Shown in pieces: positions 18,695-27,691 of a stretch of DNA of 64,000 nucleotides. The stretch is taken from contig JANQMX010000081.1 of the NCBI GenBank assembly GCA_028279885.1, positions 14,093 to 78,092 on the forward strand, in the 5' to 3' direction. The translations under genes were made by a program, and so were the position numbers. A model generated the notes under the pieces. It was not told where the DNA came from. It did no database searches and saw only the letters and a program-made list of their open reading frames with translations. Source of the DNA: Rhodovibrionaceae bacterium. GTDB taxonomy: Bacteria > Pseudomonadota > Alphaproteobacteria > Kiloniellales > DSM-21159. Each line of letters opens with the position of its first letter. Positions within the stretch are counted from its first letter, which is position 1.

Positions 18695-19648
18695 CTATAG
18701 CCCCAGTGCGTCGCGGAAGCCGTTCGAAATCGTCTGTGTCGTGACCTTCAGCAGGTCGAGATAGGTGGGCACCAAGCCATCCGGGCCGCTGAGGGAGTCG
18801 ACGTAGAGCACGCCGCCGTAGCGAACTCCCGCCTCGGACGCGATCCGCCGGGCCGGACGATCGGAAATCGTGCTCTCGCTGAAGACCACCGGGATCCGGT
18901 GCTCGCGGACTAGGTCGATGACCCGGCGCACCTGCTGCGGTGTCCCCTGCTGATCCGCGTTGATCGGCCAGATGAAGACCTCCTGCATGTTCAGGTCCTT
19001 GGCGAGGTAGCTGAAGGCGCCCTCGCTGGTGACCAGAAAACGCTGTGAGTCGGGAATTGCGGCGAGCACGTCCGACAAGCCCTCGCCCACGCTGCGCACC
19101 TCTGCCGCGTAGGCCTCGGCATTGGCGTTGTAGATCGCCGCGTTCCGCGGATCGATGTCGACCAAGGCCTTGCGGATGTTCTCGATGTAGATCAGCGCGT
19201 TGGCGGTCGACATCCAGGCATGGGGATTGGGCTTGCCGCTATAGGGGCCTTCGTAGATCGAGATCGGCTCGACGCCATCAGTGACAAGAACCTGCGGCAC
19301 GTCGCCCACATCGCGGAGAAAGCGCTTGAACCAACGCTCCAGGTTCAAGCCGTTCCAGAGAATCAGATCGGCATCGCGCGTCCGCACGATATCCTGCGGC
19401 GTTGGCTGGTAATCGTGAATCTCCGCCCCGGGACGCGTAATGGACTCGACGATGGCGGCATCGCCCGCGACGTTGCGGGCGATATCGGCAATCACGGTGA
19501 AGGTCGTGACCACCTTGACCTTGTCGCCCGCGACCTTGTCTTCGGCACGCACGCCCGTCGACGCCGCAAAGACCGAAAGGGAGAGAACAAAGGCCCCTAA
19601 GCAGGCCCAGTAAGACCGACGGCTTATCGAGCAAAGCAAACGAACCAT
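18695..19648 (-). CDS. sitA: periplasmic metal (Mn/Fe) binding protein, cluster-9 SBP
   Basis: The start is moved to the ATG at 19648 (MVRLLCS.. signal peptide). VVTTFTVIADIARNVAGD, EIHDYQPTPQD and NPHAWMS are typical of SitA/MntC/PsaA-type proteins. Confidence 0.9.
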   Translation of the reverse strand: MVRLLCSISRRSYWACLGAFVLSLSVFAASTGVRAEDKVAGDKVKVVTTFTVIADIARNVAGDAAIVESITRPGAEIHDYQPTPQDIVRTRDADLILWNGLNLERWFKRFLRDVGDVPQVLVTDGVEPISIYEGPYSGKPNPHAWMSTANALIYIENIRKALVDIDPRNAAIYNANAEAYAAEVRSVGEGLSDVLAAIPDSQRFLVTSEGAFSYLAKDLNMQEVFIWPINADQQGTPQQVRRVIDLVREHRIPVVFSESTISDRPARRIASEAGVRYGGVLYVDSLSGPDGLVPTYLDLLKVTTQTISNGFRDALGL

Positions 19649-19774
19649 TCGAACTCCCCTTCTCTTTCTACCGTTGGCCCGAAGCGATGTGCGCCAGACC
19701 GTTCGAAGCGACCGCCGTCCAGCTATCGTCCGCTGGAGACCCCGTACCTTTCGAACATAAGGCAAGAGTCGGGT

Positions 19775-19811
19775 AATTGCGATTAAAAATTAAAATCATT
19801 CTAGAATAATT
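19775..19811. promoter_or_regulatory. AT-rich Fur-family (Fur/Mur)-box-like region upstream of sitA
   Basis: aattgcgattaaaaattaaaatcattctagaataatt. The core AAAAATTAAAATCATTCTA matches 13/19 positions of the E. coli Fur consensus GATAATGATAATCATTATC by hand alignment. It is the only strongly AT-rich patch upstream of the operon. Confidence 0.35.
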
Positions 19812-20058
19812 CAAAAAGAGAGCATCAGACCCCTAAGGCAAGTCCAGGATTCTCCGATTGGAGCACCGCTCCAAAACAGCTGGAAAACAACAGGATCGCA
19901 GGCTTTTCCGCCACTTGGCTCAGTCTGCCTGATCGTCGTCAGAGCCAGTCCCGCGCCTGTGCCATCACCTGACGGCCGAAGGGCCATAGCGGCTATGAAA
20001 GACCAGCAAGGGGACGCCCTCGAGGAGTTCCTCGGGAAAGGCAGCCTGCCGGGATTTC

Positions 20059-20820
20059 CTATGTCTTGCAGATCGAGTTGCCGCCATCGGCGAGCATGGT
20101 CGAGCCGGTGACGAAGCTTGCGGCGTCGGAAACAAGGAATAAAGCCGCTTTGGCGATCTCCTCCGGCTCGGCCATGCGCTTGAGCGCGTGCATCTGGGCA
20201 ATGCCCTCGGCTGCCGCCGGATCGTCCGAGAAATCTCCAGCCATGGGCGTCTTGGTGCCGCCGGGCAGGAGCGCGTTGACCCTTATTCCGCTCTCCCCGA
20301 GCTCGACCGCCAGGCACTGCACCAGGCCCACCAGCCCCGCCTTGCTGGCGCCATAGGCGCTCAGCCCGGGAAAGCCGATACCCTGCCCCACAAAGCTAGA
20401 GGTGAAGAGGAGCGCCCCACGGCCCTGCGTGCGCATCGGCGGGACTTGGTGTTTGGCGGCATAGAACGCACTCACCAGGTTCGTCTCAAGGGTTACGCGC
20501 CAGTCCTCGGCCGCAAGGGACGTGACATCGCCCACCGCACCCAGCGCGCCGGCATTGTTGAAGCCGATGTCCAGCCGGCCATAGCGCGCCAGGGCGGTTT
20601 CCACCAGGGCCTTGGCGTAGTCTTCGTCCTGCACGTCACCGGCGAGCGCCTCGGCTTCACGGCACCTTGCCCGAATGTCTTCGACCACCCGGTCCAGCCG
20701 ATCCTGACTTCGGCCACCAAGCACCAGCTTGGCCCCTTCTTCGGCGAAGAGGGCGGCGGCCGCGGCGCCGATGCCGCTGCTCGCCCCTGTGATGATCACA
20801 ACCTTATTCCTGAGCTGCAT
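20059..20820 (-). CDS. SDR-family oxidoreductase
   Basis: The start is moved to the ATG at 20820 (MQLRNKVVIITGASSGIGAAAA). Contains NNAG and the YGASK catalytic motif. Confidence 0.88.
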   Translation of the reverse strand: MQLRNKVVIITGASSGIGAAAAALFAEEGAKLVLGGRSQDRLDRVVEDIRARCREAEALAGDVQDEDYAKALVETALARYGRLDIGFNNAGALGAVGDVTSLAAEDWRVTLETNLVSAFYAAKHQVPPMRTQGRGALLFTSSFVGQGIGFPGLSAYGASKAGLVGLVQCLAVELGESGIRVNALLPGGTKTPMAGDFSDDPAAAEGIAQMHALKRMAEPEEIAKAALFLVSDAASFVTGSTMLADGGNSICKT

Positions 20821-20899
20821 GCGCGTCCTCTTGTTCCTGAGAGGGCGCGAAAAAAGCGTATGACGGATTGGGCCGCTATCCGCTTCTTGCGGCAGGGAC

Positions 20900-21364
20900 T
20901 TAGTCCACTCCGATGTCGAAGTGGAGAACCTCTTCGCGCTTGCCCAGCTTGCCGTAGAGCGCAATGGGCGGCTCGTCGCCCTGGTCTGCCTGCACGAAGA
21001 TGACATGGGCGCCGCAGTCCCGCCCGATAGGTTTCAACGCTTCGATCAACGCGGTGGCGATACCGCGACGGCGATGCGCGCCATCGACCGCGAGATCATA
21101 GATGTAAATCTCGCTGCGCTCCTGCTCGAACTTGTGGAGCACGTAGGCGGTCAGGCCGCCGACCACCCTACCCTCCTTGCGAGCGACCAGGGCGATGAAG
21201 TCGTCGTTGCACAGCAGCCGCTCCATGTAAGCCTTGCCGGGCCGGGCCGCGCCATAGGTCTCCGGCATCTCGAAAACCTCGCCGAAGAACGTCAAAAGCT
21301 CGGTCATCAAGTCCAAGTCGCGCGCTCCAAGGCGCTGAACATCGAAGGCTTCCCTAGACTCCAT
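20900..21364 (-). CDS. AAC(3)-I-family aminoglycoside 3-N-acetyltransferase homologue (GNAT)
   Basis: 154 aa from the ATG at 21364. [38 protein letters not shown] and [31 protein letters not shown] closely parallel the AAC(3)-Ia strings [38 protein letters not shown] and [31 protein letters not shown], as I recall them. Confidence 0.8.
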   Translation of the reverse strand: [154 protein letters not shown]

Positions 21365-21372
21365 TGTCTCTA

Positions 21373-22362
21373 TCACTCTGAGGTACTCTGCACAGACTCC
21401 TCGTCGGCCTTGCGCCCGGCGAAGAGACCGAAGAGCGGCTGCAGCAGCATCGCGACGACCGGGATGAGCAGCAGGCCGGCGGCAAGGCCGACCAGTCCGT
21501 CGAGGAAAGCGGTCACCGCCCAACTAACGGCCCCGTCGACGGCGCCGACCTGCTGCGCGGCCATGACCGCCAGGTGATGAATGCTGTCGTAGAGCCAGGG
21601 CCAGCCCAGGTCCTTGACGCCGTGGACCAGGATACTGCCGCCGACCCAGAGCATGGCGGCCGTGCCGACGGTGGCGATGACCGTCAGGATCTTCGGCATG
21701 GACTTCACGATCCATCGCCCGAAGGCCCGCGTCACAGCAAAGTGGCCGGCCTGGCACAGCCTGAGCCCGATGTCGTCGGCCTTCACCAGTAGAGCCACCG
21801 CACCGTAGACCAGCGCGGTGATGGCGATGGCGACCGCTGCCAGCGCCAGCCCTTCCGTCCAAATGCTGTCCGTCTCAATGGCCGCCAGAGTGATGGTCAT
21901 GATCTCGGCCGAGAGAATGAAATCGGTCTTGATCGCCCCCTTTACACGCTGCTCCTCCAGAAGAGCAGCATCCAGTGTTTCCGCCTTGCGCGGCCCCTCT
22001 GGCTCGTGCGGGGCGATGAGATGCCAGATCTTCTCGGCGCCCTCGAAGCAGAGATAAGCCCCGCCCAGCATCAGAAGCGGCGTGAGAAGCCAAGGCAGAA
22101 AGGCGTTCAGCAGCAGCGCGAGCGGCAGCAGGATGACCAGCTTGTTGAAGAAGGAGGCGCGGGCTATCTTCCAGACGATAGGCAACTCACGCGCCGCCGG
22201 CAGACCGGTAACGTACTTCGGCGTGACCGCGGCGTCGTCGATGACCACGCCGGCGGCCTTGGTGCCGGCCTTGGTGGCTTGGGCGGCGACGTCGTCAAGC
22301 TGCGTGGCTGCCAGCTTGGCGATGGCCGCCACGTCGTCCAGCAGTGCCAGCAATCCGCTCAT
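21373..22362 (-). CDS. DUF808-family (YedI-like) membrane protein
   Basis: The start is moved to the ATG at 22362. MSGLLALLDDVAAIAKLAA..GVVIDDAAVTPKYV..ELPIVWKIA is the typical DUF808 N-terminus, and hydrophobic helices follow. Confidence 0.8.
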   Translation of the reverse strand: MSGLLALLDDVAAIAKLAATQLDDVAAQATKAGTKAAGVVIDDAAVTPKYVTGLPAARELPIVWKIARASFFNKLVILLPLALLLNAFLPWLLTPLLMLGGAYLCFEGAEKIWHLIAPHEPEGPRKAETLDAALLEEQRVKGAIKTDFILSAEIMTITLAAIETDSIWTEGLALAAVAIAITALVYGAVALLVKADDIGLRLCQAGHFAVTRAFGRWIVKSMPKILTVIATVGTAAMLWVGGSILVHGVKDLGWPWLYDSIHHLAVMAAQQVGAVDGAVSWAVTAFLDGLVGLAAGLLLIPVVAMLLQPLFGLFAGRKADEESVQSTSE

Positions 22363-22611
22363 CGTCGCACTCCACAGTGCTTTTCGAAGCACTTGTGGGC
22401 CTCGGTGTGGCCCACAGCGCATTTCCCAGTCAACGCGCAAAACCTGAGATGGATCGTTGCGCTCAGATTCTGCCTATATTTTAACCATCCAACCGTATGT
22501 GGTTAATAAATAGGCAGTGTATTAACCCTACCGCAGCGCGGCATTAAAGGTGCACCTCTATAAATATATGAAATACAATGCATTACACCGATCATGAGTA
22601 GTAATTGGCCC

Positions 22612-22626
22612 TGGCACGTTTTTTGC
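22612..22626 (+). promoter_or_regulatory. sigma54 (-24/-12) promoter for urtABCDE
   Basis: TGGCAC-GTTTT-TTGC, with the GG and GC dinucleotides separated by exactly 10 nt. It lies 50 nt upstream of the urtA ATG. A GGTGCACC palindrome (22549-22556) and phased TTAACC/GGTTAA half-sites lie upstream. Confidence 0.6.
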
Positions 22627-22676
22627 GATGCAGCATTTCGTCGGCATCACATCAAGAAACAGGGAGCCAAGAACGA

Positions 22677-23978
22677 ATGACACAATCCGGCAAACGAACC
22701 AGCCTCATCGCCGCAGCCTCGGTGCTGGCGTTGGCGCTGGGCAGCACGGCCGCGATAGCCGCGGAAACCATCAAGGTCGGTGTGCTGCATTCCCTATCAG
22801 GAACCATGGCCATTTCTGAAACGACCTTGAAGGACACCGTCCTGATGCTGGTCGAGGAGCAGAACAAGAAAGGCGGCCTGCTCGGCAAACAGCTCGAAGC
22901 GGTCGTGGTCGACCCGGCGTCGGACTGGCCGCTTTTCGCCGAGAAGGCGCGCGAGTTGCTGGAAGTTCACGAGGTCGACGTGATCTTCGGCAACTGGACC
23001 TCCGTCTCGCGCAAGTCGGTCCTGCCTGTGGTCGAAGAGCTGAACGGCATGCTGTTCTATCCGGTGCAGTATGAAGGCGAAGAGTCCTCCAAGAACGTCT
23101 TCTACACCGGAGCGGCACCGAACCAGCAGGCCATCCCCGCCGTCGACTATCTGCTGAGCGAAGAAGGCGGCTCGGTGCGGCGCTTCGTTCTGGCCGGCAC
23201 GGACTACGTCTATCCCCGCACGACCAACAAGATCCTCGAGCAGTACCTGCTCGACAAGGGCATCCCGCAAGACGACATCATGATCAACTACACGCCTTTC
23301 GGTCACTCCGAGTGGCAGACGATCGTGAGCGACATCAAAGAGTTCGGTTCTGCCGGCGTGAAGACGGCCGTGGTCTCGACCATCAATGGCGACGCGAACG
23401 TTCCCTTCTATAAGGAACTCGGCAACCAGGGCATCGCCGCCTCCGACATCCCGGTCATCGCCTTCTCCGTCGGCGAAGAGGAGCTCTCAGGCATCGATAC
23501 AAGTCCGCTGGTCGGTCACTTGGCGGCCTGGAACTACTTCATGAGCGCCGAGGCCGATGAGAACGACGCCTTCATCGAGAAATGGCATGCCTTCATCGGT
23601 GACGAAGACCGCGTGACCAACGACCCCATGGAAGCGCACTACATCGGCTTCAACATGTGGGTGAAGGCGGTGGAGTCGGTCGGCACCACCGATGTGGATG
23701 TCGTGCGGGAAGCGATGTACGGCATCACCTACCCCAACCTGACGGGCGGCGTCGCGGTGATGAACACCAATCATCACCTGACCAAGCCGGTCCTGATCGG
23801 CGAGATTCAGGACGACGGCCAGTTCGAGACCGTCTGGCAGACTCCGAAGGGCGTCATCGGCGATGCCTGGACGGACTTCCTGCCGGAATCGAAAAACCTG
23901 GTCGCCGATTGGACGCAGCCGATTTCCTGCGGAAACTTCAACATCAAGACCGGCGACTGTTCGGGTCAGAACTACTAG
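22677..23978 (+). CDS. urtA: urea ABC transporter substrate-binding protein
   Basis: Start at the ATG at 22677 with an AGGGAG SD. Signal peptide, then IKVGVLHSLSGTMAISETTLKDTVLMLVEEQNKKGGLLGKQLE, typical of UrtA. It heads a 5-gene urt operon. Confidence 0.92.
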   Translation: MTQSGKRTSLIAAASVLALALGSTAAIAAETIKVGVLHSLSGTMAISETTLKDTVLMLVEEQNKKGGLLGKQLEAVVVDPASDWPLFAEKARELLEVHEVDVIFGNWTSVSRKSVLPVVEELNGMLFYPVQYEGEESSKNVFYTGAAPNQQAIPAVDYLLSEEGGSVRRFVLAGTDYVYPRTTNKILEQYLLDKGIPQDDIMINYTPFGHSEWQTIVSDIKEFGSAGVKTAVVSTINGDANVPFYKELGNQGIAASDIPVIAFSVGEEELSGIDTSPLVGHLAAWNYFMSAEADENDAFIEKWHAFIGDEDRVTNDPMEAHYIGFNMWVKAVESVGTTDVDVVREAMYGITYPNLTGGVAVMNTNHHLTKPVLIGEIQDDGQFETVWQTPKGVIGDAWTDFLPESKNLVADWTQPISCGNFNIKTGDCSGQNY

Positions 23979-23991
23979 GCCTATGACCGCG

Positions 23992-24017
23992 GCGGACGGC
24001 CCTTTTGGGCCGTCCGC
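23992..24017 (+). terminator. 11-bp-stem hairpin after urtA (intra-operon attenuator or partial terminator)
   Basis: GCGGACGGCCC / TTTT / GGGCCGTCCGC followed by TTC. A stem-loop at this position after an SBP gene would favour excess SBP expression. Confidence 0.5.
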
Positions 24018-24112
24018 TTCGTCATGCTTGCGCGCCAAGCGCGACCCTGTTCACCCGAATGTATGCGGATTTCGCTTCGATGCCGCACAAGCTCGTTCCT
24101 CTTGGTGCTGCG

Positions 24113-25729
24113 ATGCGTCGCGTCGCTTGCCTGATCGCCGTCTTGGCCGCGTTCATCGCAGCCACCGGGCTTGCGGCAGCGAGCGACTTCGAGGCCGCTC
24201 TAGGCAAGCTGACCGACAAGTCTTTCCAGGTTAAGGAGCAAGCGATCGCCGAGATCGCTACGTCAGGCGACGAGCGCGCGCTTCCGATCCTCTCGGCCCT
24301 GCAGGCCGGCGATCTCTATTTTGTGCGGAAGGACAAACGGATTGTCTTCGCCGAGAAGCTCGACAAGGGTTTTTCGATTACCGATGCGCTGACCGGCGAG
24401 GCACTTGGCGAGGTCAAGCGGCGCGCCGTCAGAAAAGTCTCCATCAACAACAGACTGCGAACCGCGTTGAAGAGTGCCATCGGGTCGCTTGAACTGTTCT
24501 CGCCCGACGCGGAGGCGCGGCTGGCCGCCGCGCGCTCGATGCTCGTCGCGCCGACGGCCGATGCACTTGCCATGCTCGACCGCGCGCTCACGGCTGAAAG
24601 CGAGCCCAGCGTCCGCGAAGCGCTGGAAACTGCTAGAGCAGCCGTCCAGGCGCAGACCGGCCCCTTGGACGCGCGTCTTGCGGCAGTCGGCGTCATGTCC
24701 GGCTCCATGAACCAGGATGTCTGGCGGGTGCTCGGCAAGCTGGTCGAAGAGGGTGGAGAGACGGCATCGGAGGATGCAAAGCAGGTTGCCCTCGCAGCAA
24801 GCGCAGCTCTGGAGTCCATCGAAAGCCAGAAGCGCTTCTACTCGCTGTTGGAGACCCTGTTCTTCGGCATCAGCCTCGGCGCCGTCTTGCTATTAGCCGC
24901 GGTCGGGCTGGCGATCACCTTCGGCGTCATGGGGGTGATCAACATGGCGCACGGCGAAATGCTCATGCTGGGGGCCTATACGACCTTCGTCGTGCAGCAG
25001 TTGATGCCCAACGCGATCGAATACTCCCTTTTCGTCGCCATTCCGGCCGCCTTCATCGTGACCGGCGCCGTCGGGATCCTGCTGGAGCGCAGCGTTATCC
25101 GCGTGCTCTACGGGCGTCCCCTTGAGACACTGCTGGCGACCTTCGGCGTGAGCCTCATTCTGCAACAGGCCGTGCGCACCATCTTCTCACCGCTCAATCA
25201 GCCGGTCATCACCCCGGACTGGATGAGCGGCTTCTACGAGGTCAACGGCGCGCTCTCGCTGACCTACAACCGGCTCTACATCATCGCCTTCTCCTTGATC
25301 GTCTTCCTGGCCCTGCTCGCAGTGCTGCGGAAGACATCGCTTGGCCTGCAGATGCGCGCGGTCACCCAGAACCGGAAGATGGCGGCCTCGATGGGCATTC
25401 GCACCGGCTGGGTCGATGCCATGACCTTCGGTCTCGGTTCGGGCATCGCCGGCATCGGCGGCGTCGCCTTGAGCCAGCTGACCAACGTGGGGCCCAACCT
25501 GGGCCAGGCCTACATCATCGATAGCTTCCTGGTGGTGGTGTTCGGCGGCGTCGGTAATCTCTGGGGCACGCTTGTCGGTGCGATGACCCTCGGTGTCGTC
25601 AACAAGTTCATCGAACCCTTCACCGGCGCCGTCATCGCCAAGATCCTGGTGCTGGTCTTCATCATCCTCTTCATCCAGCGCCGGCCGCGAGGTCTCTTCG
25701 CCCTCAAGGGCCGCGCGGTGGACAACTAA
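24113..25729 (+). CDS. urtB: urea ABC transporter permease with an N-terminal periplasmic extension
   Basis: I prefer the start at 24113 (MRRVACLIAVLAAF.. signal). About 250 aa of Ala-rich repeat domain precede a branched-chain-type permease core (GVINMAHGEMLMLGAY). Confidence 0.88.
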   Translation: MRRVACLIAVLAAFIAATGLAAASDFEAALGKLTDKSFQVKEQAIAEIATSGDERALPILSALQAGDLYFVRKDKRIVFAEKLDKGFSITDALTGEALGEVKRRAVRKVSINNRLRTALKSAIGSLELFSPDAEARLAAARSMLVAPTADALAMLDRALTAESEPSVREALETARAAVQAQTGPLDARLAAVGVMSGSMNQDVWRVLGKLVEEGGETASEDAKQVALAASAALESIESQKRFYSLLETLFFGISLGAVLLLAAVGLAITFGVMGVINMAHGEMLMLGAYTTFVVQQLMPNAIEYSLFVAIPAAFIVTGAVGILLERSVIRVLYGRPLETLLATFGVSLILQQAVRTIFSPLNQPVITPDWMSGFYEVNGALSLTYNRLYIIAFSLIVFLALLAVLRKTSLGLQMRAVTQNRKMAASMGIRTGWVDAMTFGLGSGIAGIGGVALSQLTNVGPNLGQAYIIDSFLVVVFGGVGNLWGTLVGAMTLGVVNKFIEPFTGAVIAKILVLVFIILFIQRRPRGLFALKGRAVDN

Positions 25730-25732
25730 GCG

Positions 25733-26908
25733 ATGGCGCCCCTGCCCCAGCACGCCACGCTGTTCCAGCGCCTCTTCGGCAACACCAGCGGCAAGCTGGT
25801 TCTCGGCGTGATCCTCGGCGCCGCCATCGTCGTGCCGCTGCTCAACCAACTGCCGGAGAGCTCACCGTTCCACGTTCCGACTTTCGTCGTCAGCCTGCTC
25901 GGCAAGTACCTCTGCTACGCCCTGCTGGCGATGGCCGTCGATCTCGTCTGGGGCTATTGCGGCATTCTTAGCCTGGGACACGGCGCGTTCTTCGCCCTCG
26001 GCGGCTATGCCATGGGCATATACCTGATGCGCCAAATCGGCGACCGCGGAGTCTATGGCCACCCGATGCTGCCCGACTTCATGGTCTTTCTGAATTGGCA
26101 GGAGCTGCCGTGGTTTTGGTACGGCTTCGACAGCTTCGCCTTCGCCATGCTGATGGTCGTGCTGGTCCCTGGTCTCCTGGCCTTCGTGTTCGGATGGTTC
26201 GCCTTCCGCTCACGCGTGACCGGCGTCTACCTCTCGATCATCACCCAGGCCATGACCTATGCCCTGATGCTGGCATTCTTCCGCAACGACATGGGCTTCG
26301 GCGGCAACAACGGGCTGACCGACTTCAGGGATATTCTCGGATTCAGCCTGAGGACGGACGGCGTGCGTAACGGCCTCTTTGTGGCCTCCGCCTTGGCATT
26401 GGCCGGCGGCTTCCTGATCTGCCGCTTCATCACCACGTCGCGGCTGGGGAAGGTCCTTTATGCCATCCGCGATGCGGAGAGCCGGGCCCGCTTCCTCGGC
26501 TACCGGGTCGAGTACTACAAGACTTTCGTCTTCACGGTCTCGGCGATGCTGGCCGGCGTCGCCGGTGCGCTCTACGTGCCTCAGGTCGGGATCATCAACC
26601 CGGGTGAGTTCTCACCGATCAACTCCATCGAGATCGTCATCTGGGTCGCTCTCGGCGGGCGCGGCTACCTCTATGGCGCCATCGTCGGAGCGGTCGGCGT
26701 CAACATGGCCAAGAGCTACTTCACCGTCGCCTTCCCGGAGATCTGGCTGTTTTTCCTGGGCGGTTTGTTCGTGATCACCACGCTGTTCCTGCCGAAGGGA
26801 GTCGTCGGCATCTTCAGCAAGGCCCCGTCGCACCCCCTGCCGTCGCTTCGGGCGCTGCTGGCTCGGCCGGCGGCCAACCAAGGCACGCGCCCAGGGGACG
26901 CTCTATGA
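25733..26908 (+). CDS. urtC: urea ABC transporter permease
   Basis: 391 aa, LivM-like permease (GILSLGHGAFFALGGYAMG), third gene of the operon. Confidence 0.9.
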   Translation: MAPLPQHATLFQRLFGNTSGKLVLGVILGAAIVVPLLNQLPESSPFHVPTFVVSLLGKYLCYALLAMAVDLVWGYCGILSLGHGAFFALGGYAMGIYLMRQIGDRGVYGHPMLPDFMVFLNWQELPWFWYGFDSFAFAMLMVVLVPGLLAFVFGWFAFRSRVTGVYLSIITQAMTYALMLAFFRNDMGFGGNNGLTDFRDILGFSLRTDGVRNGLFVASALALAGGFLICRFITTSRLGKVLYAIRDAESRARFLGYRVEYYKTFVFTVSAMLAGVAGALYVPQVGIINPGEFSPINSIEIVIWVALGGRGYLYGAIVGAVGVNMAKSYFTVAFPEIWLFFLGGLFVITTLFLPKGVVGIFSKAPSHPLPSLRALLARPAANQGTRPGDAL

Positions 26909-27687
26909 CTGAAGGCGTCCCACAGTCGTCTGAAGCTGCCAAGCTCGCCAAGGGTTCGCTGCTCTACCTCGACGGGGTCACAGTCAGCTTCGATGGCTTC
27001 AATGCGCTCAACAACCTCTCGCTGGTCATAGAGCCGGGAGAGATGCGGGCCATCATCGGACCCAACGGGGCTGGCAAGACGACGATGATGGACGTCGTCA
27101 CCGGCAAGACGCGGCCTGATGCCGGGGATGTCCTCTTTGACGGCTCGATCGACCTGACCAAGCACGATGAAGCGGCGATCGCCTCGCTCGGCATCGGGCG
27201 GAAGTTTCAGAAGCCCACGGTTTTCGAGACCCAGTCCGTCTACGACAATCTCCTGCTCGCGCTGCAGCAGGACCGACGCGTCCACACGACACTCTTCGCC
27301 CGAACGTCGCGCGAAGAAGACAGCCGCATCGAGGAGATCCTCGAAACAACGCGGCTGACGGCTCAGGTGCAAACGCTGGGCGGCAGCCTCTCGCACGGTC
27401 AACGACAATGGCTTGAGATCGGCATGCTGTTGGCGCAGGACCCACGGCTACTACTGGTCGACGAGCCGGTCGCCGGCATGACGGATGCCGAGACCGAGGA
27501 GACGGCACGCCTATTGCGCGACATCGCGCAGTCCCACTCGGTCGTCGTCGTCGAGCACGACATGGATTTCGTGCGCGAACTGGGCGTGAAGGTCACCGTG
27601 CTGCACGAGGGCTCGGTCCTGGCCGAAGGCTCCATCGACCACGTGAGCCAAGACGAGCGCGTGGTTGAAGTCTACCTGGGGCGCTGA
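26905..27687 (+). CDS. urtD: urea ABC transporter ATP-binding protein
   Basis: Walker A GPNGAGKTT, signature LSHGQRQWLEI and Walker B LLLVDEP. 4-nt overlap with urtC. Confidence 0.9.
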   Translation: MTEGVPQSSEAAKLAKGSLLYLDGVTVSFDGFNALNNLSLVIEPGEMRAIIGPNGAGKTTMMDVVTGKTRPDAGDVLFDGSIDLTKHDEAAIASLGIGRKFQKPTVFETQSVYDNLLLALQQDRRVHTTLFARTSREEDSRIEEILETTRLTAQVQTLGGSLSHGQRQWLEIGMLLAQDPRLLLVDEPVAGMTDAETEETARLLRDIAQSHSVVVVEHDMDFVRELGVKVTVLHEGSVLAEGSIDHVSQDERVVEVYLGR

Positions 27688-27691
27688 AGGC

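Noticed and set aside
19649-19774. Possible riboswitch in the ~130-nt sitA leader
   Set aside because: I could not recognise any conserved riboswitch core. The known Mn riboswitch class controls exporters rather than importers. Protein (Fur/Mur) control is the simpler explanation.
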